Numbered from the whole stretch's first letter, positions 50,238 through 63,981 are shown. The stretch: 63,981 nt of DNA, filler included, from Bigelowiella natans CCMP2755 (GCA_000320545.1; 5 parts of 5 records of this genome joined end to end with filler, not necessarily neighbours in it); one strand, 5' to 3'. Numbers and translations: made by a program. The notes: generated from the letters alone by a model not told the origin.

Positions 50238-50914
50238 GCGCGCTCCCAAACCATTCATATCCCGGAAAAACGTATCCCCCCACACGCTCGGAGAGAAGTG
50301 CAAACGAAGACGACAGGCAGGATCATGTAGAGGGCTAACGGAACGAAATGAATCCGCATGAAGAATAGGGGGGGGGAAGAGCGGGCTACCCTGTCCGTGT
50401 TTGTTTAGGACGCAGCATCTTCGTTCGTTCTCAAGGGAAATGTGGGTGGAGGACGCACGTGACAGCCTGTCGCGCACTTTTGGAGAAATTATGCAGAAAT
50501 ATCAACATTTTCATCATTTTTAGGATGTGATTTCAAGTCGTACCAAAAAGACCGCCTATAAAGCGCTGTCTTTCATGGCGAGTTACGTCCGTGGTAGATC
50601 TAAGACACACTCTTGTGCCTGCAACAAGAGCGAAGACACGGGGTCACATGGCGAAAACATGGAGGGAATTTCTGACGGACGTCATGCTGTTTCCCACGGC
50701 GTATGGCTGTTTTTCCGTTCGCGCGATTGGGCATATTTTCGCCCGGTAAATATCCTATCGCTTTTTTGAAAAATTATCTCTCCCACTGCCGCGAACGCAG
50801 AAAAATGCCGAGCCCTCGGGGGCGAAACGAGCCTCGTACGATTAGGATGTGTGACCGACGACCTCTCCTTGCTTTTCCGACGACGATTCCGCAAAACCCC
50901 ATCGGCCGATTGCC

Positions 50915-52259
50915 ATGCCCCACTCGGGGCAGCGAAGCTCGGGTGCTGAGCTTGCCGTGGGCTCAACACTGCTGCTGCTGCTGCTGCTGCTGCTGGCTTT
51001 GTCTAGCACCCGTTCCTACCTCAGTTCAAGACCATTTCCTGAGCATGCGAGCTCATCGTCGAAAACTCAAAGGACAGCAAGGCCAGAGGGCTTGAGGGCT
51101 AAAATCTGGAGGAGGTCAGCGCCACTGCCAGCGCTACGACCGCTTTGCAATGAGAGATTCTACTCCTCAAATCTCCGTGTATCGTCGGGATCCTCATCAA
51201 TGGAGCCTGCCGTGAGGCAGATTTCCTTCCAGAAGGCCGGGAGTCTCATCCGGGAGGCCGGCGAGAAAGTGGAATACGTGGCGGTGAAGATGGCGTCTTT
51301 CCAAATGACAGCCGAGTCGCCGGTGCGGTCACAATTTTGCATTCATGTTATATTGTTTTTATTTTTCAAATTTGAATCAGTCTCGTTGCATATTTGCATG
51401 CGGGAATACTCATAATACAGGACATAATTTCAGGCTGCAATCTTACATTTCACCACAATTTGATTAATTTATGCAGCTTACACTGAACGCTGGTGGGAGT
51501 GCCTTAGCTCGTGCAGGGGATGATCTATCCCGTGCAGAAAGTGGTACAGAAATCGTTGCCCCAGCCCATTATATTTCCTTTGATTATCTCGATGCATGTA
51601 GGTAATTGGGATGCGCTGTACCAAAGCGCGTCTGATATGAGGGTGGCTGGGTCGCATCTTGAGTCGAACCTTGACAACGGGTACTATTTTTGTTTTCCGC
51701 TGTAGAAAAATAGTGCGAATCGTAACCACGACGGCCCAACCGCTATTGATGCACACAATCAATCAGATGCGAAAATCTCGAACTTCTTGCCGACACGCTG
51801 GAAAACCTTGCAGAATCTCTCGGAATGGTGATTCATCAAAAAGTTTATCTACTTTTTCTGTCCTCCCACGAGGGAAGGCTAACGGATGTTCTTGGCAGGA
51901 AAGCTATTCCGAGGCTCGGGCGCATGTTGAGGTTGCTGCGGATACCGTCGAGCAGGTGTATTATCTTGGCAGCGATATACCTAAATGCAGCAGGCGTATT
52001 ATCTGCCGCCAGGCTTTCTTCATATTGGTGTATTCAACATATTGTTTCATATTTTGGATGCTGCCAGATCGGCGAAAGCATACAGGAGTACTCAAGTTAC
52101 TTTGGTGGCGCACCTGGTAATCGTTCACCACCGACAGATCCCGCCAGAAATAGAAATCGTTGCCTTTGAAGCATGCACGTTAGGCAAAGCAAAACCTATT
52201 CCTCTCTATGAATGTCACAGTGTAAAGGACGTATATAATGTAATAGCTATATATATAAA

Positions 52260-52315
<56 letters not shown>

Positions 52316-52523
52316 TGTATGAAAATGTACCAAAATATAAGACGGATGTAATGAATATTCAAATATAAGAACGCTAATATTACATATATTGTAACTCATC
52401 CGTGTGTGATTAATGGTATGAAAAGGATCCTTCCCCGAGGAAGCAAAAATGGTTTTAGCTGAGGCAGCTGAAGCAGCACTGGAAAGCTCGAAGACGTTGC
52501 GCTCCATTGAAATAACTTCATAA
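50915..52523 (+). CDS. Hypothetical helical protein with a bipartite-like targeting peptide
   Basis: Poly-Leu signal followed by a Ser/Arg-rich segment. Spliced exons include MEPAVRQISFQKAG..., GNWDALYQSASDMR and EEAKMVLAEAAEAALE...*. Confidence 0.5.
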
Positions 52524-53269
52524 AATGTACAAAATTTGTTCATCCGAAAAAGACTCCGTACATGTACGCAGTGCTATTGTTGCGCCTGTCTCCATGCTTC
52601 TAGCAGTCAGCAGCGGTGCAATCGAAAACGTAGCTTGCTTGGCCTTATATGCTACAAGTGCTGCGCAACCCTCATATTAGCACGCGAGTGTATCAGTCTG
52701 GCAGTGCTCGCTTACTACTACTAGCGCTGTCTGTCTTGCACATGCAGTGGCATCTCAGAAGCTAGCTACACAGATACGATGTGTCGTCATGTGTACGTAC
52801 AACGTGCAAACCGAACACAGGATCGCATGCTAGCATGCATGCAGCTTCGAGCGAGGCCAATAAGCACATGTTGCAGCGTTGCTTGTGGTAGCACTGCAGT
52901 ATCGTATCGCTTTTGAGCATGATCGTTACGGCGGTGACATGCAGTGCATGCGTCCAGAATGCTAGAATGCAATGACGCGTCATTTTCGAGTTTCTGGCGT
53001 GATTGTGCAGACTAATACTACAGCACTTATCTGCTTGATGAGGGTGTTTAGAAGAAATCTGTCAACCGACTAATGTGTATGGGAGTGTCACATACGTACG
53101 CGCGTTTTGTTTCTGTCAACAGTGTTTTAACCTCCTCGTCTCTGAAAAGACAAGCATTGACATCGAGTGCGAGCAGGATGCGAATGGGGAACATGAAGTA
53201 GACCGGCAGCTAAGAATGGCGTATCTGCTATCGACCCACGCGGTTACTTATCAAGGGTACCTATGGAAA

Positions 53270-54653
53270 ACGCAATTATGGATCATGTTCAGGCATGATC
53301 TCAAATTTTGTATCGGACAGAACACGGACTCGAGATAACGATCACCAACGACGACAACCCCCCCCCCCCCCCCCCCTTCCATAAATGCTGTACTATGCGT
53401 CATTTCTGTTTCAACGCACCTTTTAACTTTCCGGTAAGAAATGAGTGTTGTAGGCACCAGACAAAAGCAGTTGAGGAGGGCGAATACGGCAGACGCGGTG
53501 GCCTGTGACCAAAGTTGGTGAGCTTTCTTAGCGTTTTTCAGAGACGGGGGTAGGGTCGTGTCGAGTGAAGAAAGTGAAGACAGATATCCGCAACTTACAT
53601 TCTCCTTGCTGTTCAGCCAGTAGTCGCAGTAACCGTCCGGTCTAATTTGTAAGTGCGAATGGGATGGCAAATCTTCAACCAAAAATCTTAAAGCAGCTTT
53701 CCATGTGAAATGATGATCAAGGGTGGCGGGAGGATCATCATTCTTCGACTCTATTCTCCACACCCTCTCCGTTCACCCCTATTCCTCTCCCTGATTCCTA
53801 GTTGTCCTCTTATGCGAGGAGGGGGGGATTAGCCTCACCTGGCGTTCCAGTAGCAAATGCTGAGCAAGGAGATGCCTCCACAGAAGCTCAGAATCAAAAA
53901 CATAAAGTTGCAGGCGTATTCCTGCGGAGCAGAGAGAGGGATTGTCACTGACTATAACCTTTCTTTAAACGCAATTACCATCACCACCCCGCCAATACCC
54001 CTCCGCGCCCCCGCCCCCCCGTTCCGCCTTTATCCCAATGCGTGTTACCGTCAAGGGCCACAAGCTCATGTATGTTCTGCGAATATCCATCATGTCGAAG
54101 GCCTAGGCCGGTGCAGGTATTTGGTAAGTTCGTGGAAAGGGAAGAGAGAAGGGAGAAGTGGGGGTGGGGGTGGGGGTGGGGAGTATTTAGAGATCAGATT
54201 ATTCCACCTGTGCTCCTACTTGAAAGATGAAAGCCCACAGGCTAATCATTAATAAATTCTTGGCCTCCGAAACTTGTTGGAAGCGCTCGAAGTAGATGAT
54301 GAGAGTCGAGGACAGTGCGCAGAACTAATAGAAGCCAAGGCCAGTAGCCGGGCGCGCGCGCACACACACAAACACACACACACACACGCGCGCGCGCGCG
54401 GGTTCGCCACAGGTGCACGGTCAATTTACAATCAGCTACTTTCCTCACAAGGATTAGTAAGGGATAGTGAATGTGCGACGAGATGATGGTGGTAATGCGA
54501 AAGGTACAAGTAACTCACGATGCTCAGCAGGCGTAAGATGGAGCGATTGCTCGTCCAAGTGAAAGGATCGTAGATGACATCATCTTCAAGGTTGCCGATG
54601 GAAGGCTCCATTTTTATGTCCAAGCCAGACTGCAATCCGGTGTATTCAGACAT
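53270..54653 (-). CDS. Hypothetical multi-pass membrane protein; 3' end approximate
   Basis: MSEYTGLQ start. Hydrophobic exons NLLMISLWAFIFQ, NFMFLILSFCGGISLLSIC and ATASAVFALLNCFCLV. Confidence 0.45.
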
Positions 54654-55073
54654 GACTATTTCTTGAGAAAAAAGTGAGCTCGATTTTCGAGAAAGGAGGG
54701 CCTCTCGACACTTGCACGGGAGGGGGGCTGTTGGGTTGGGTCTTTGCGAGCTTGCGCTATCCGGCGCGGATGTGGCAGATATTTACTAAAGTTATTTTTT
54801 GGTGGAAAGCCTTAGATGTTTTCCGCATGGATTTCTTTCCATAATGATGAAACTTTAGAACAAAGAAAATGGTATAAACATTGGCTCTTACATCGTCACC
54901 ACCACTGTGGAGACAACAATAACAACAATACGACGATGCGCCCCCCCTCGCTTTGCAAAGGTCGGGTCGGCGCCAGCCTCGGACTTCGGCATTAGCTGTC
55001 TCAAATGCTTGAGATCAGGCCCCATGTCGCTCTGCGATGAATTGGAGCTTTGCGCGCCATAGAATTGAACGAA

Positions 55074-55937
55074 ATGCTGGAAGAGACAGCAAGCATGCCT
55101 TCATGGCTCATGATTTATGCACGTCTCTCGCTAGTCGGTAGTTTGCACCTCCTCGTCAAGATCTTATGCTCAATATTTTCCTCAGTCCTGGTTCGCTCAC
55201 GCCGGCTGGCGAAGCTAAGGCGGCGCTACTCGCCATCATCCGCCGCACGGCAGCTGATCAGGCGTCGACGTCTCTCTCGACCTTACAGCTCGGAGCCCTC
55301 CTCCCCAAAGCAACCGCAGCATTCCCACCGCGACAGCAATTTCGGCACTGACAACAAAGGGCCTACGGTACGTGTGCGCACTCTATGCCAAAAATGAAAA
55401 GCTCGATACAAAATTTCCGGCTCTTCTTGCCGCGCCTCCTTCCATCTCGTCACGTGATGCTCTCTCACCTTCCGCCTGATAATGCAGGCGTTCGTCATTG
55501 GAAGCGTGGCGGGCATGGCAGGGTCTCTCGTCGGAATGGGTAAAGCCCACCCAAAGCACAAAGCACCGATTGCCAGTCGGATTCGGTTGAACAGAACACA
55601 CAGTAGATAGCTGACCCCCGAAACGAAGTTGTTTTCTTGTCACATACTGTTACGAGATCCGGCAAAAGCTGAATGCTGGCGACTGGTGTCTGATGTACAA
55701 ATAAAGGTGGAGCGTTCATATCTCTGCCTCTGATGACTGGAGTGCTACGGATGACCCAGCATCAGGCCCATGCGACCTCGTTAGCTGCCGTAGCTGCATG
55801 TGGAACTGGGGGGGCTCTCGGGTGATGACGACACGACGAAAGAGATAGTTACGCCTATAATAAGGAGTGCAGAGACTGAATTTCGCAGCAATGGGCATGT
55901 GCGTGTGTGCGTGTCAGAGAGACAGAAAGAGAGAGAG

Positions 55938-55977
<40 letters not shown>

Positions 55978-56253
55978 AGCGCAGTATCGCGATGGTGCCA
56001 CTGTAGCCGTGTGCTGAATCGAACAGAATCAGGAGTTTCGTTTCAACAATCATCATCATCATCATCATTACCATCATCATCATCGCTATCATACTACCAT
56101 AACATCGAAATCGCTGTCGCTGCCGTCTTGCTTTAGATTCATCTCCTCTGGTAACGTGGACTGGGCAGCTGCAGCAGCCATTGCGACTTCCGGCATGATC
56201 TCGGCAAGGTGCAGTAATGACATATCGCGGGATCGTATCTGCCCAGGGGAATT

Positions 56254-56328
<75 letters not shown>

Positions 56329-57225
56329 ATTCGACAGTGTACACAACACGTTTTCTTTTCATCCTCCTTCTCTTCCCCCCTCCTCCTCCTCCTCTTCCTC
56401 TCTAGAATCGGAGCACGATTCGCTGGCTCTTTGGACGGTGAGACGGCGACGACACCGACGACGATGATTAACATAATTACTGCTATTACTGTTATGATTG
56501 TGATGATTCTAAGCTGGCCGCGCACTAGCATTGCCGACACAACAGGATAAGCTGATAGTCCTTTTACGATGCAAAAATTTCGCGATCATACCATTTCTCA
56601 TAGGGGCGGTGCTGAAGAAGCTCTTTGGCCTGTTTAACATGCTGATCGCGCCCAGCGTCCTGCTAAAGAGCCAGCTCGTCACAAAGGCAGACAAATTATA
56701 ATCCTGATGACGATGATGATGATGATGCTGATGACGATGACGATGACGATGACGATGAAGAAGAGGATAGCAACAAATGATGACACCATTAGCATGCATT
56801 GATGGCCGGGTTTGGGGTAAAAGATTCTCGCATTTTTTCCCGGGGCGTTCCTTGCTCACCTCGCGTGCTTTTGTCGCTGGTTACTGCGGGAATCCCAGGC
56901 CCTAGGATGGGAAGAAAAGCCCTCCCAACAGGAGGAAGATAGGGAGAAGAATGGGCGGAGGAATCGCCAAGGGAAAGATGCAAGGGTCGGCGCCAGCAGC
57001 GACAATAAGAATGGGTTCCCACCGGCTATGCATCTTATGGCCATGGCAGGTACTGACCCCTACCGCACAGTGTCGGATGCTGTTTGTTACGTCGCCGTCT
57101 TGCCCCCCCCTCCGAGTCGTTAATTGTACTGATGATGGTGCAGATATTTGATGGAGAGGTCCTGTGTGATGTCGGCTGCAGGTATTGGCGCGACGACAGG
57201 TGGGATTTCTGGGCTGTTCGGGTCA

Positions 57226-57277
<52 letters not shown>

Positions 57278-58658
57278 ATAGATGTCACTACTTCTGTGGC
57301 TTATGTTTGTGAGAGGTTTGATCCTTTCGCTGACGAAAGGGAGAGGGGGGGGGAGAGGGGGGAGAGGGAGGCTGAGGAGGCAGTAAATTCAGCCCTTTCA
57401 CGGTCGGAACATAGCTCTCCTTATCTCTTGTTGGCACGTTGCTTATGAATCTATCATGTTTCTCTGGAAGCTACAACGCGACACTGCATGTAGAGGCCTT
57501 CCCCCCCCCCCCCTCACTCCCTCTCTCCTGTTCTTCAGAGTCGGTGGCGGGTCCATCACAGTCCCTGCAGTCGCTCTAGTATCCGACTTCTCTCACTACA
57601 AGGTGAACCATGACGCGGCACATGGCGGCGATAGTGAGGGTCGTTGATAAAACGGCCGGCGCGGAGCTCGCCAATTGTACTTGTTATTGTTGTTGTTGTT
57701 GCTATTGCTCTGTTGGTACTGCTGTTTTCGTCACATCGTCATGGGGGCATGGGGATGATTCCAGGTCCTAGGGACCTCACTTGCAGCTATGATTCTGCCC
57801 GCGATGTCGGGCGTGGCCACACACCACCAGTACGTCTAACAAGGCAACAGCAAGCACAACAATAACAACAACGACGACGACGGCGGCGGCGATGATGATG
57901 ATGATGATGATGATGATGACGACGACGATGATGCAGCATGACGAAATCCTTGCGAGCGATGTGCTCTCTTCTATGTGTGGAGATTTTGGGAATGGAGGGG
58001 CCCGGTTTGGGAGGCAAGTAGCTGAGGGGAGGGAGGGTAAGCTTGCTTGTCCTCTTCAATATTTAGTTTCTTCCTTTGTTCTCTTGTACTTCCTCGTAAT
58101 TATTGAGGGCTGGGAGGGTAGTATGGCCCGTCGCTCTGCCTCTAGCAGCAGGAAGCGCAATTGGGTATGTTCTCATGTTCTCAATCATATTATGAAACGA
58201 CCTCGATGACGACAGCACCCGTCCTCCCCCCCACCCGGAAAAAACACAACATTCTATCATCCTTTGATGCTCCTCTCCCAACATGATGGCTAGGAAACAG
58301 GAAACCCTCTTGTGAAGTGTATTAATTAGCATCTGTTTCTCGATAGCATCATGCATCGCACGCTTACACGCTTACAATGCACTAAATCAGGTGCTATCTG
58401 GGTGGGCGCCACGTAGCTTTAAGAGTAGACGAAGACGTCCTTAGGATCATTTTCTTCGGTAAGAACCGTGCCCCTCCTCGCAGCATCATCAGCAGCAGCA
58501 GCAGCGCAGCAGCTGACCACCCATGAAATGCTCGCACATCTCTCAACTAATGGGCTCTGTTTTTGCTTCGTGCTATGCGTCCGAAACAACCAGGTTTGAT
58601 GGTTGGGATTGGAGGGCGAACGTTCGCTGCTGCACGCCACGCCGTCATTTTCAAGTAA
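55074..58658 (+). CDS. Sulfite exporter TauE/SafE (TSUP) family membrane protein; start approximate
   Basis: AFVIGSVAGMAGSLVGM|GGAFISLPLMTGVLRMTQHQAHATSLAAV, GNVDWAAAAAIA, VGGGSITVPA, GTSLAAMILPA, YLGGRHVALRVDEDVLRIIF|GLMVGIGGRTF...*. Confidence 0.88.
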
Positions 58659-59199
58659 CGAGTCGTAGTTTATGATGCGAAGTTTCAACTTTACATGAAT
58701 GTAGTAAATGCATTATATGCTACGGCATAGCGTGAAGGCACAGCTGCACGTGCACACAAACACACACATGCACATGCACGAGCTTTCGCATGTGCAGCAC
58801 ATCGCATCAAACATGCATGCGCAGCGCAGTAGAGACTTTGGCAATTGCAAGTGTTCATCAAAGCTGCACAGCTAGTGCATTGTCGCAACAGCACAGATGA
58901 GCTGCAATGGTGCAAAATGAGACCTGAAAGACGTCATCATGCGGACAACACAAATTAGTGCATGATGAACAACTAGGTACATCGGTGTGTATCGCATCGT
59001 GATTCCAACAAAATGTGACTTGTGGGGGGCTGCATCAAATAAAAATGCAAAGCACTGCATGGCGATGACAATTATTCAACATTGTGCAGCTAATTCCCAC
59101 TCTTGAGGTAACATTTTTGATGTACATGCACACTGACGGCATTGAACGCTACATGCACTGAGTTCTTGCCGGTTGTTCATCATATTCCCTGCTTCAAGG

Positions 59200-60505
59200 T
59201 TACAAAAATTGCTGCATGCCGGTCTGTGCGGCAATTTTCGCTTGCTGAAGTTGAATCTTGAGCTTTGAGACCTGCTTAGCCGATGATTTGGTGACGTCTT
59301 GGAGCTGCTGTTGGCATGCTTTGTACCGTTGCTGCCATGAAGAAGCAGGGATAGTATCGATTGGGGGGAGGGGAAATGAAAAAACACTCAAATTTTCGAA
59401 GTTACACGTTTTGATCTCACAAGCAGTGGTGGATCTCCAAAAACATCGAAGGCAAACTCCCCGAGAAACAGAGTCCTCCAGACAGGGAAAGTGAATCTCT
59501 GCTTATTCTCTTTGCACACGATGATTCGCAGAAGCGCATAACTTCTCTATGTCGGCGGATTTTGGTGTGGTGTACACTGCGTTGTCAGACCTCAAGCTGA
59601 GCGTATTTGAACCTCCAGATGTTCATTTCCGGGTCCATCGACGCTGGGCCGCCGGCACCCTGTTGCCCCTTTGCCTCGCCACCTGCATCGTGGGGATAGG
59701 AAGACTCAGAATTCGAGTCCATTGCAATTTTGTAGCGGTCCTAGTTTGAAATGCGAACCCCCACTTTTCTACCTAGCAAAAGCTTAAATATTATTTTTAA
59801 AACCCATCACCTCTTCCGAGGGGCATTTGCACATCAGCGTTTGCCACGCGATTCCGGAGTGATTGGACCTCCTAGAGGGGGGGGGGACACATGGCATGCT
59901 ATCAAAGGTCATCTTACAGGATGGGGGGGGGGGGCGGTGAAGGGGGGCTAGGATTAGGGCGTGAGTGAGGTGATCTCCGGCGCTCATAGTTTGCACAAAT
60001 TGCAGCAGCGACCTCCTGCAGAGCTTTGTTTCTGGCTTCCATATTCCCCACGAACCCCTGCTTCTCCAATATCTTGTCTTTCAGCAGCGCCTTTCAGTGT
60101 GGTTCCCAGGGGAGGTTCATGGTCAGTGATGGCGAGGGCATAGAGGGCCATTCGATACGCATACGTGAGATCACGCTCATCCACGTGCGAACAGCATCAC
60201 TCACATACAACTGCGCGCGCGCGCGCGCACACACACACACACACACACTTCGTCTTCCCCCCCACTCCCCACCCCTCTCTCTCTGTTCCCCGGAAATTGT
60301 GCACCTCTGCATCCTGGAGTTTCTTCCTGAGCTCCTTGTCGATTTTCTCTTGTTTTGCCAGCTGTTTCGTCAGTTTCTGCAACATGGATCCCATAGGCGG
60401 GTCAATGCACACGTGCATGCAAAGCAGCCTTTTTTGCATGGAAATCATCCTCTGTTCAAATTTTCGGGTCGTCTTCTCGATGTATGCTTCGATTAAGAGG
60501 CGTAG

Positions 60506-60556
<51 letters not shown>

Positions 60557-60563
60557 TGTGTGC
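59200..60563 (-). CDS. 3' part of a coiled-coil hypothetical protein (5' lost in gap)
   Basis: Exons MLQKLTKQLAKQEKIDKELRKKLQDAE, MNIWRFKYAQLE and WQQRYKACQQQLQDVTKSSAKQVSKLKIQLQQAK...*. Confidence 0.5.
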
Positions 60564-60663
60564 NNNNNNNNNNNNNNNNNNNNNNNNNNNNNNNNNNNNN
60601 NNNNNNNTTAATTAATTAANNNNNNNNNNNNNNNNNNNNNNNNNNNNNNNNNNNNNNNNNNNN
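60564..60663. other. Assembly spacer
   Basis: N run with TTAATTAATTAA. Confidence 0.97.
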
Positions 60664-61675
60664 CCCCAGGCGGGGATCACCGATGCGCATGAATCTCGTC
60701 GACACCGGCGCGGCGAAGTGCGGTCTGAAGCCCGAAGAGAAGAAGCTGCAGAACGCCCCCGCGCTGTTCCCGAACTGGAACCGGTAGCGTCGTACGGCAC
60801 GCCCGGCCGCGCGCGCTGAGGACAATCGCTTTGCAGCTGGAGATGTCCGGGAAACGCCTTCGCGTCTGCGTCTGGGCCTTGATGAAAGCCGGGAGCTTGC
60901 AGGCTTGGGACGTCGACGACCTCGCCGCGGAACCGCCCGAGGTTGCCGGAGACGGTGAAGTTTCCGGTTGATCTCCCGCCCATCACTGGGTCGTTGAGCT
61001 CCTTCCACTCGCGGGTTGTAGACTCGTCAGCCCCCGTCAAACGTCGCAAGGACGATCTCCCCGGCCGCCTCATCGCTGGCGGCATCACCGGTAGGCGGCT
61101 TCGTGTATGTTTTGAACTTGAGCGTGCCGCAAGGCCCTGCCTTCTGCGAGATCTCCCCAGCAGCCACCGTGTAGCCGAGCGAGGCGCAAGAGCCCTTCTT
61201 CAGATTGCCCTTCGACACGACGAGACCTACCGGGCAGATGCCAACGGTGCTCCCAAGGCAGTCCTCGGCGCAGGTGTCCTCCTCGATTCGGTTATAGACA
61301 GTGCAGGAGGAGGGGGAGGAGTAGGAGGGGTCGTTGTTGTTGTTGTTGTTGTTGCTGCTGCTGCTGCTGCTGGAGCATCCTGAGGCACCTATAGACTTAA
61401 TCTCGAGGTGCACGGTGCCCTTCGCTCCCTCTCCCCAAAAGCTGATGGTTTTTACGTCCTGGAGTGTCTTCGTGTCAGGGCAGACGCTAGGATCGCTGGC
61501 GCATGTTTTGCTCGGCTCCCCTGTCGCATCAGAGTTGCAGTCGCTGAAGTTGGAGAAGGGGATTTCTACGCGCTGGAACGCGGAACCGACAGGCGCGTTG
61601 AAGTGCGACTTGAAACCCCCGGAAAAAAAACTGCATCCAAAGCTCTTCTTCGTTCCAAAGGAGAGGCGATACCTG
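60664..61675 (-). CDS. Internal fragment of a protein with tandem CIA30-like domains and a Cys-rich module (apparent frameshifts near the contig end)
   Basis: YRLSFG...FQRVEIPFSNFS...ISFWGEG..G.VHLEIKSI, then IVLATFDG...WKELNDPVMGGRSTG...GEVVDVPSLQAPGF. Confidence 0.75.
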
Positions 61676-61762
61676 CAAATGCACAATGCTGTTGTGTCTC
61701 CCTTTCTCCCTCACTCGGGTTTTTTATCACACACACACACACACACACAGACAGACAGAGGA

Positions 61763-61812
<50 letters not shown>

Positions 61813-61912
61813 NNNNNNNNNNNNNNNNNNNNNNNNNNNNNNNNNNNNNNNNNNNNTTAATTAATTAANNNNNNNNNNNNNNNNNNNNNNNNNNNNNNNN
61901 NNNNNNNNNNNN
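61813..61912. other. Assembly spacer
   Basis: N run with TTAATTAATTAA. Confidence 0.97.
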
Positions 61913-61967
61913 GTGTATATTGACAGAGGGGGGAGGGCAAAGGATGGAAAGCGCGATGTATCTAGAG

Positions 61968-62004
<37 letters not shown>

Positions 62005-62016
62005 ATACAGAAATTC

Positions 62017-62066
<50 letters not shown>

Positions 62067-62099
62067 ATAGTGTTTGTACCTGAACCTGCTGTTTCTGCT

Positions 62100-62667
62100 C
62101 ACAGTATTGATATTGTGCATTAATCTTGCTTCGGTATCTTCTTTCGCCAGAACGCTTTCCGACTGGAGGGAGGAAGCTGGTTGGGCCTAAATCGATGACA
62201 ATGATGATGATGATGATGATGATGATGATCATGATGATGGTGGTGGTGGTGGTAATGGTGGCGTGCAGAGAAGCAGCAGCGTGTGTCGTAATTTGCCTTC
62301 ACACAATATGCAGGTTCAACGTCTCCATCCACACATTTGTGCTTGCGATTGCCTTGTTGTGGGGGGCTTTAGTCTTCCAGGACATAGAGGTAATGTCAAT
62401 AACAATGCTGATATATTGCAGCGTCCACGCACGCAATGCTTCACTCACATGAGAAAGAAGGCGTTACGCACACCCAAGCACCGCCATTCATATGCACAAC
62501 ACATGTGCTCTTTTCAGGGTTGGACTTTGGGCGAGGGCCTTTACTTCTCATTCGTCAGCCTCACGACCATTGGCTTTGGCGACTTTGTGTAATTGTGCGC
62601 AATGTGATGCACGATGCTGATGGATATATGTTGTGTCTTCCTGTTTGAATAGCTATCATTTTTCAAA

Positions 62668-62735
<68 letters not shown>

Positions 62736-63227
62736 CCCATTCGTATCTTTCCTCACATATACGTGCGTGCGTGTGTGTTATGGTTGCTGCTATTCCTTAG
62801 CCCGACAAAGACTTCTTCGCAGATCTTAACTGGCGCGTACATCTTCGTATTCATGGGGACCATGATGACGATTCTGGACGAGCTGAGATTGTTCTACCGA
62901 AGCATTTTCGTTCCATTGGTCATTATTCGTGGCAAGGGAGGGAGATGGGGGGGGGGGTGAAGGGGGGCGGGAGACGCGGTAGTATCTCGCTATACTTTCA
63001 AATATTAGCATGATATGTAGATTTTGTTGTAGGCTCAAGGTGATTGGTGTCGCGACGACGAGGAGGAGGAGGAGGAGGAAGAAAAGGAAGAGGAAGAGGA
63101 AGAGGGAGGCGGTGAGGGGGTGGGATTAGAGCTTGAAGGAAAGATCAGTTGCGAGTCTACTGATAGAAAGGCGAACATCGAAATGGTGGGTTTGATCCGG
63201 GACCACGCACTTATCCACAACACTTAA
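62100..63227 (+). CDS. 3' part of a potassium channel (K2P/TWIK-like pore domain)
   Basis: FVLAIALLWGALVFQDIE|GWTLGEGLYFSFVSLTTIGFGDF|PTKTSSQILTGAYIFVFMG. TTIGFG selectivity filter and acidic tail. Confidence 0.85.
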
Positions 63228-63828
63228 AATACATGCACATGAGCAGCAGCACAAATACCTAATAATTCCCCCCCCACGTATTTTACATAGAAAAGCACCC
63301 TACACATAGCCAGGGTTGTTTTCGAAACCTCAAACGCCACTGTATGTCCATTTCAGCAACTTATTTTGGAACGGAAAACGGCGGATTTCGAGAGATTCAC
63401 GTGCTGAGCTGAAGCGATTCTAGCAGTCTCACATTGTGCAAAGTGGCAGGGGCAACAAAGAGTTGATTGGCGGCGCTCACATTACAAGTGCATCTTCGGA
63501 GATATAAATGGATTTTAACATTTCACGTTGTCATTGGGTCATGTGTGAGTCCTGCCAACAATACAACAAAAGATATCACTACATGTAGGATGCACCTAGA
63601 GCATCGGCGGCATTTGCATCACATGGTGTATTATAGCAATTCACTGGAGCAAACTAGAACGCATACAGCTGAGACGCATGTAATCGATTTTGGAAAAATT
63701 ACATTGCACTGTATGCCAGCAGCACATCCTGATGTAGCTTGGTGTGCGAAGCTATCTAGCTATGTAGCTACAACGCTTAGATTGTGTTTGTTGATGCGCA
63801 TGCATTGTGCCGCATACCGTCCATGTTT

Positions 63829-63899
<71 letters not shown>

Positions 63900-63981
63900 G
63901 GGTCTGTGTGTGCGCGTCCACATACACATATTCAGCGTAGTAGTTCGATAGATAGATAGCGTTGCAGACAAAGCTATATCT

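Noticed and set aside
60616-61088. Frameshifts in the CIA30-like gene as programmed recoding or pseudogenisation
   Set aside because: They lie near the end of a short contig, where single-base sequencing errors are more likely.

Overview
Intron-rich, microsatellite-rich eukaryotic (algal/protist) genomic DNA in five pieces joined by 100-bp N-TTAATTAATTAA-N spacers at 24082, 35280, 60564 and 61813, so adjacency across the spacers is uncertain. Bipartite-type N-termini, a plastid-type LPAAT and a ubiquitin-NiSOD fusion suggest an alga with a secondary plastid, possibly a chlorarachniophyte (inference). About 20 genes are recognisable, including cathepsin C, LPAAT, PhyH dioxygenase, SGNH hydrolase, EF-hand protein, TrmA/RlmD-type RNA methyltransferase, BCS1, a DUSP, a mucin/RCC1-like/F-lectin protein, a CCCH protein, Ub-NiSOD, a FOXRED2-like enzyme, TauE, a CIA30-domain protein and a K+ channel. 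There is also one intact, very young Ty3/Gypsy LTR retrotransposon whose single polyprotein ends in a DIRS/Dam-like adenine-methyltransferase-like domain. The most striking signal is compositional. Discrete intergenic and repeat patches have lost almost all TpA dinucleotides except CTAG (or half-protected CTA/TAG), and repeat copies show TA->CA/TG changes. This looks like a targeted, context-specific A:T->G:C hypermutation process running opposite to fungal RIP. Exon boundaries were read by eye, and many gene start coordinates are approximate.
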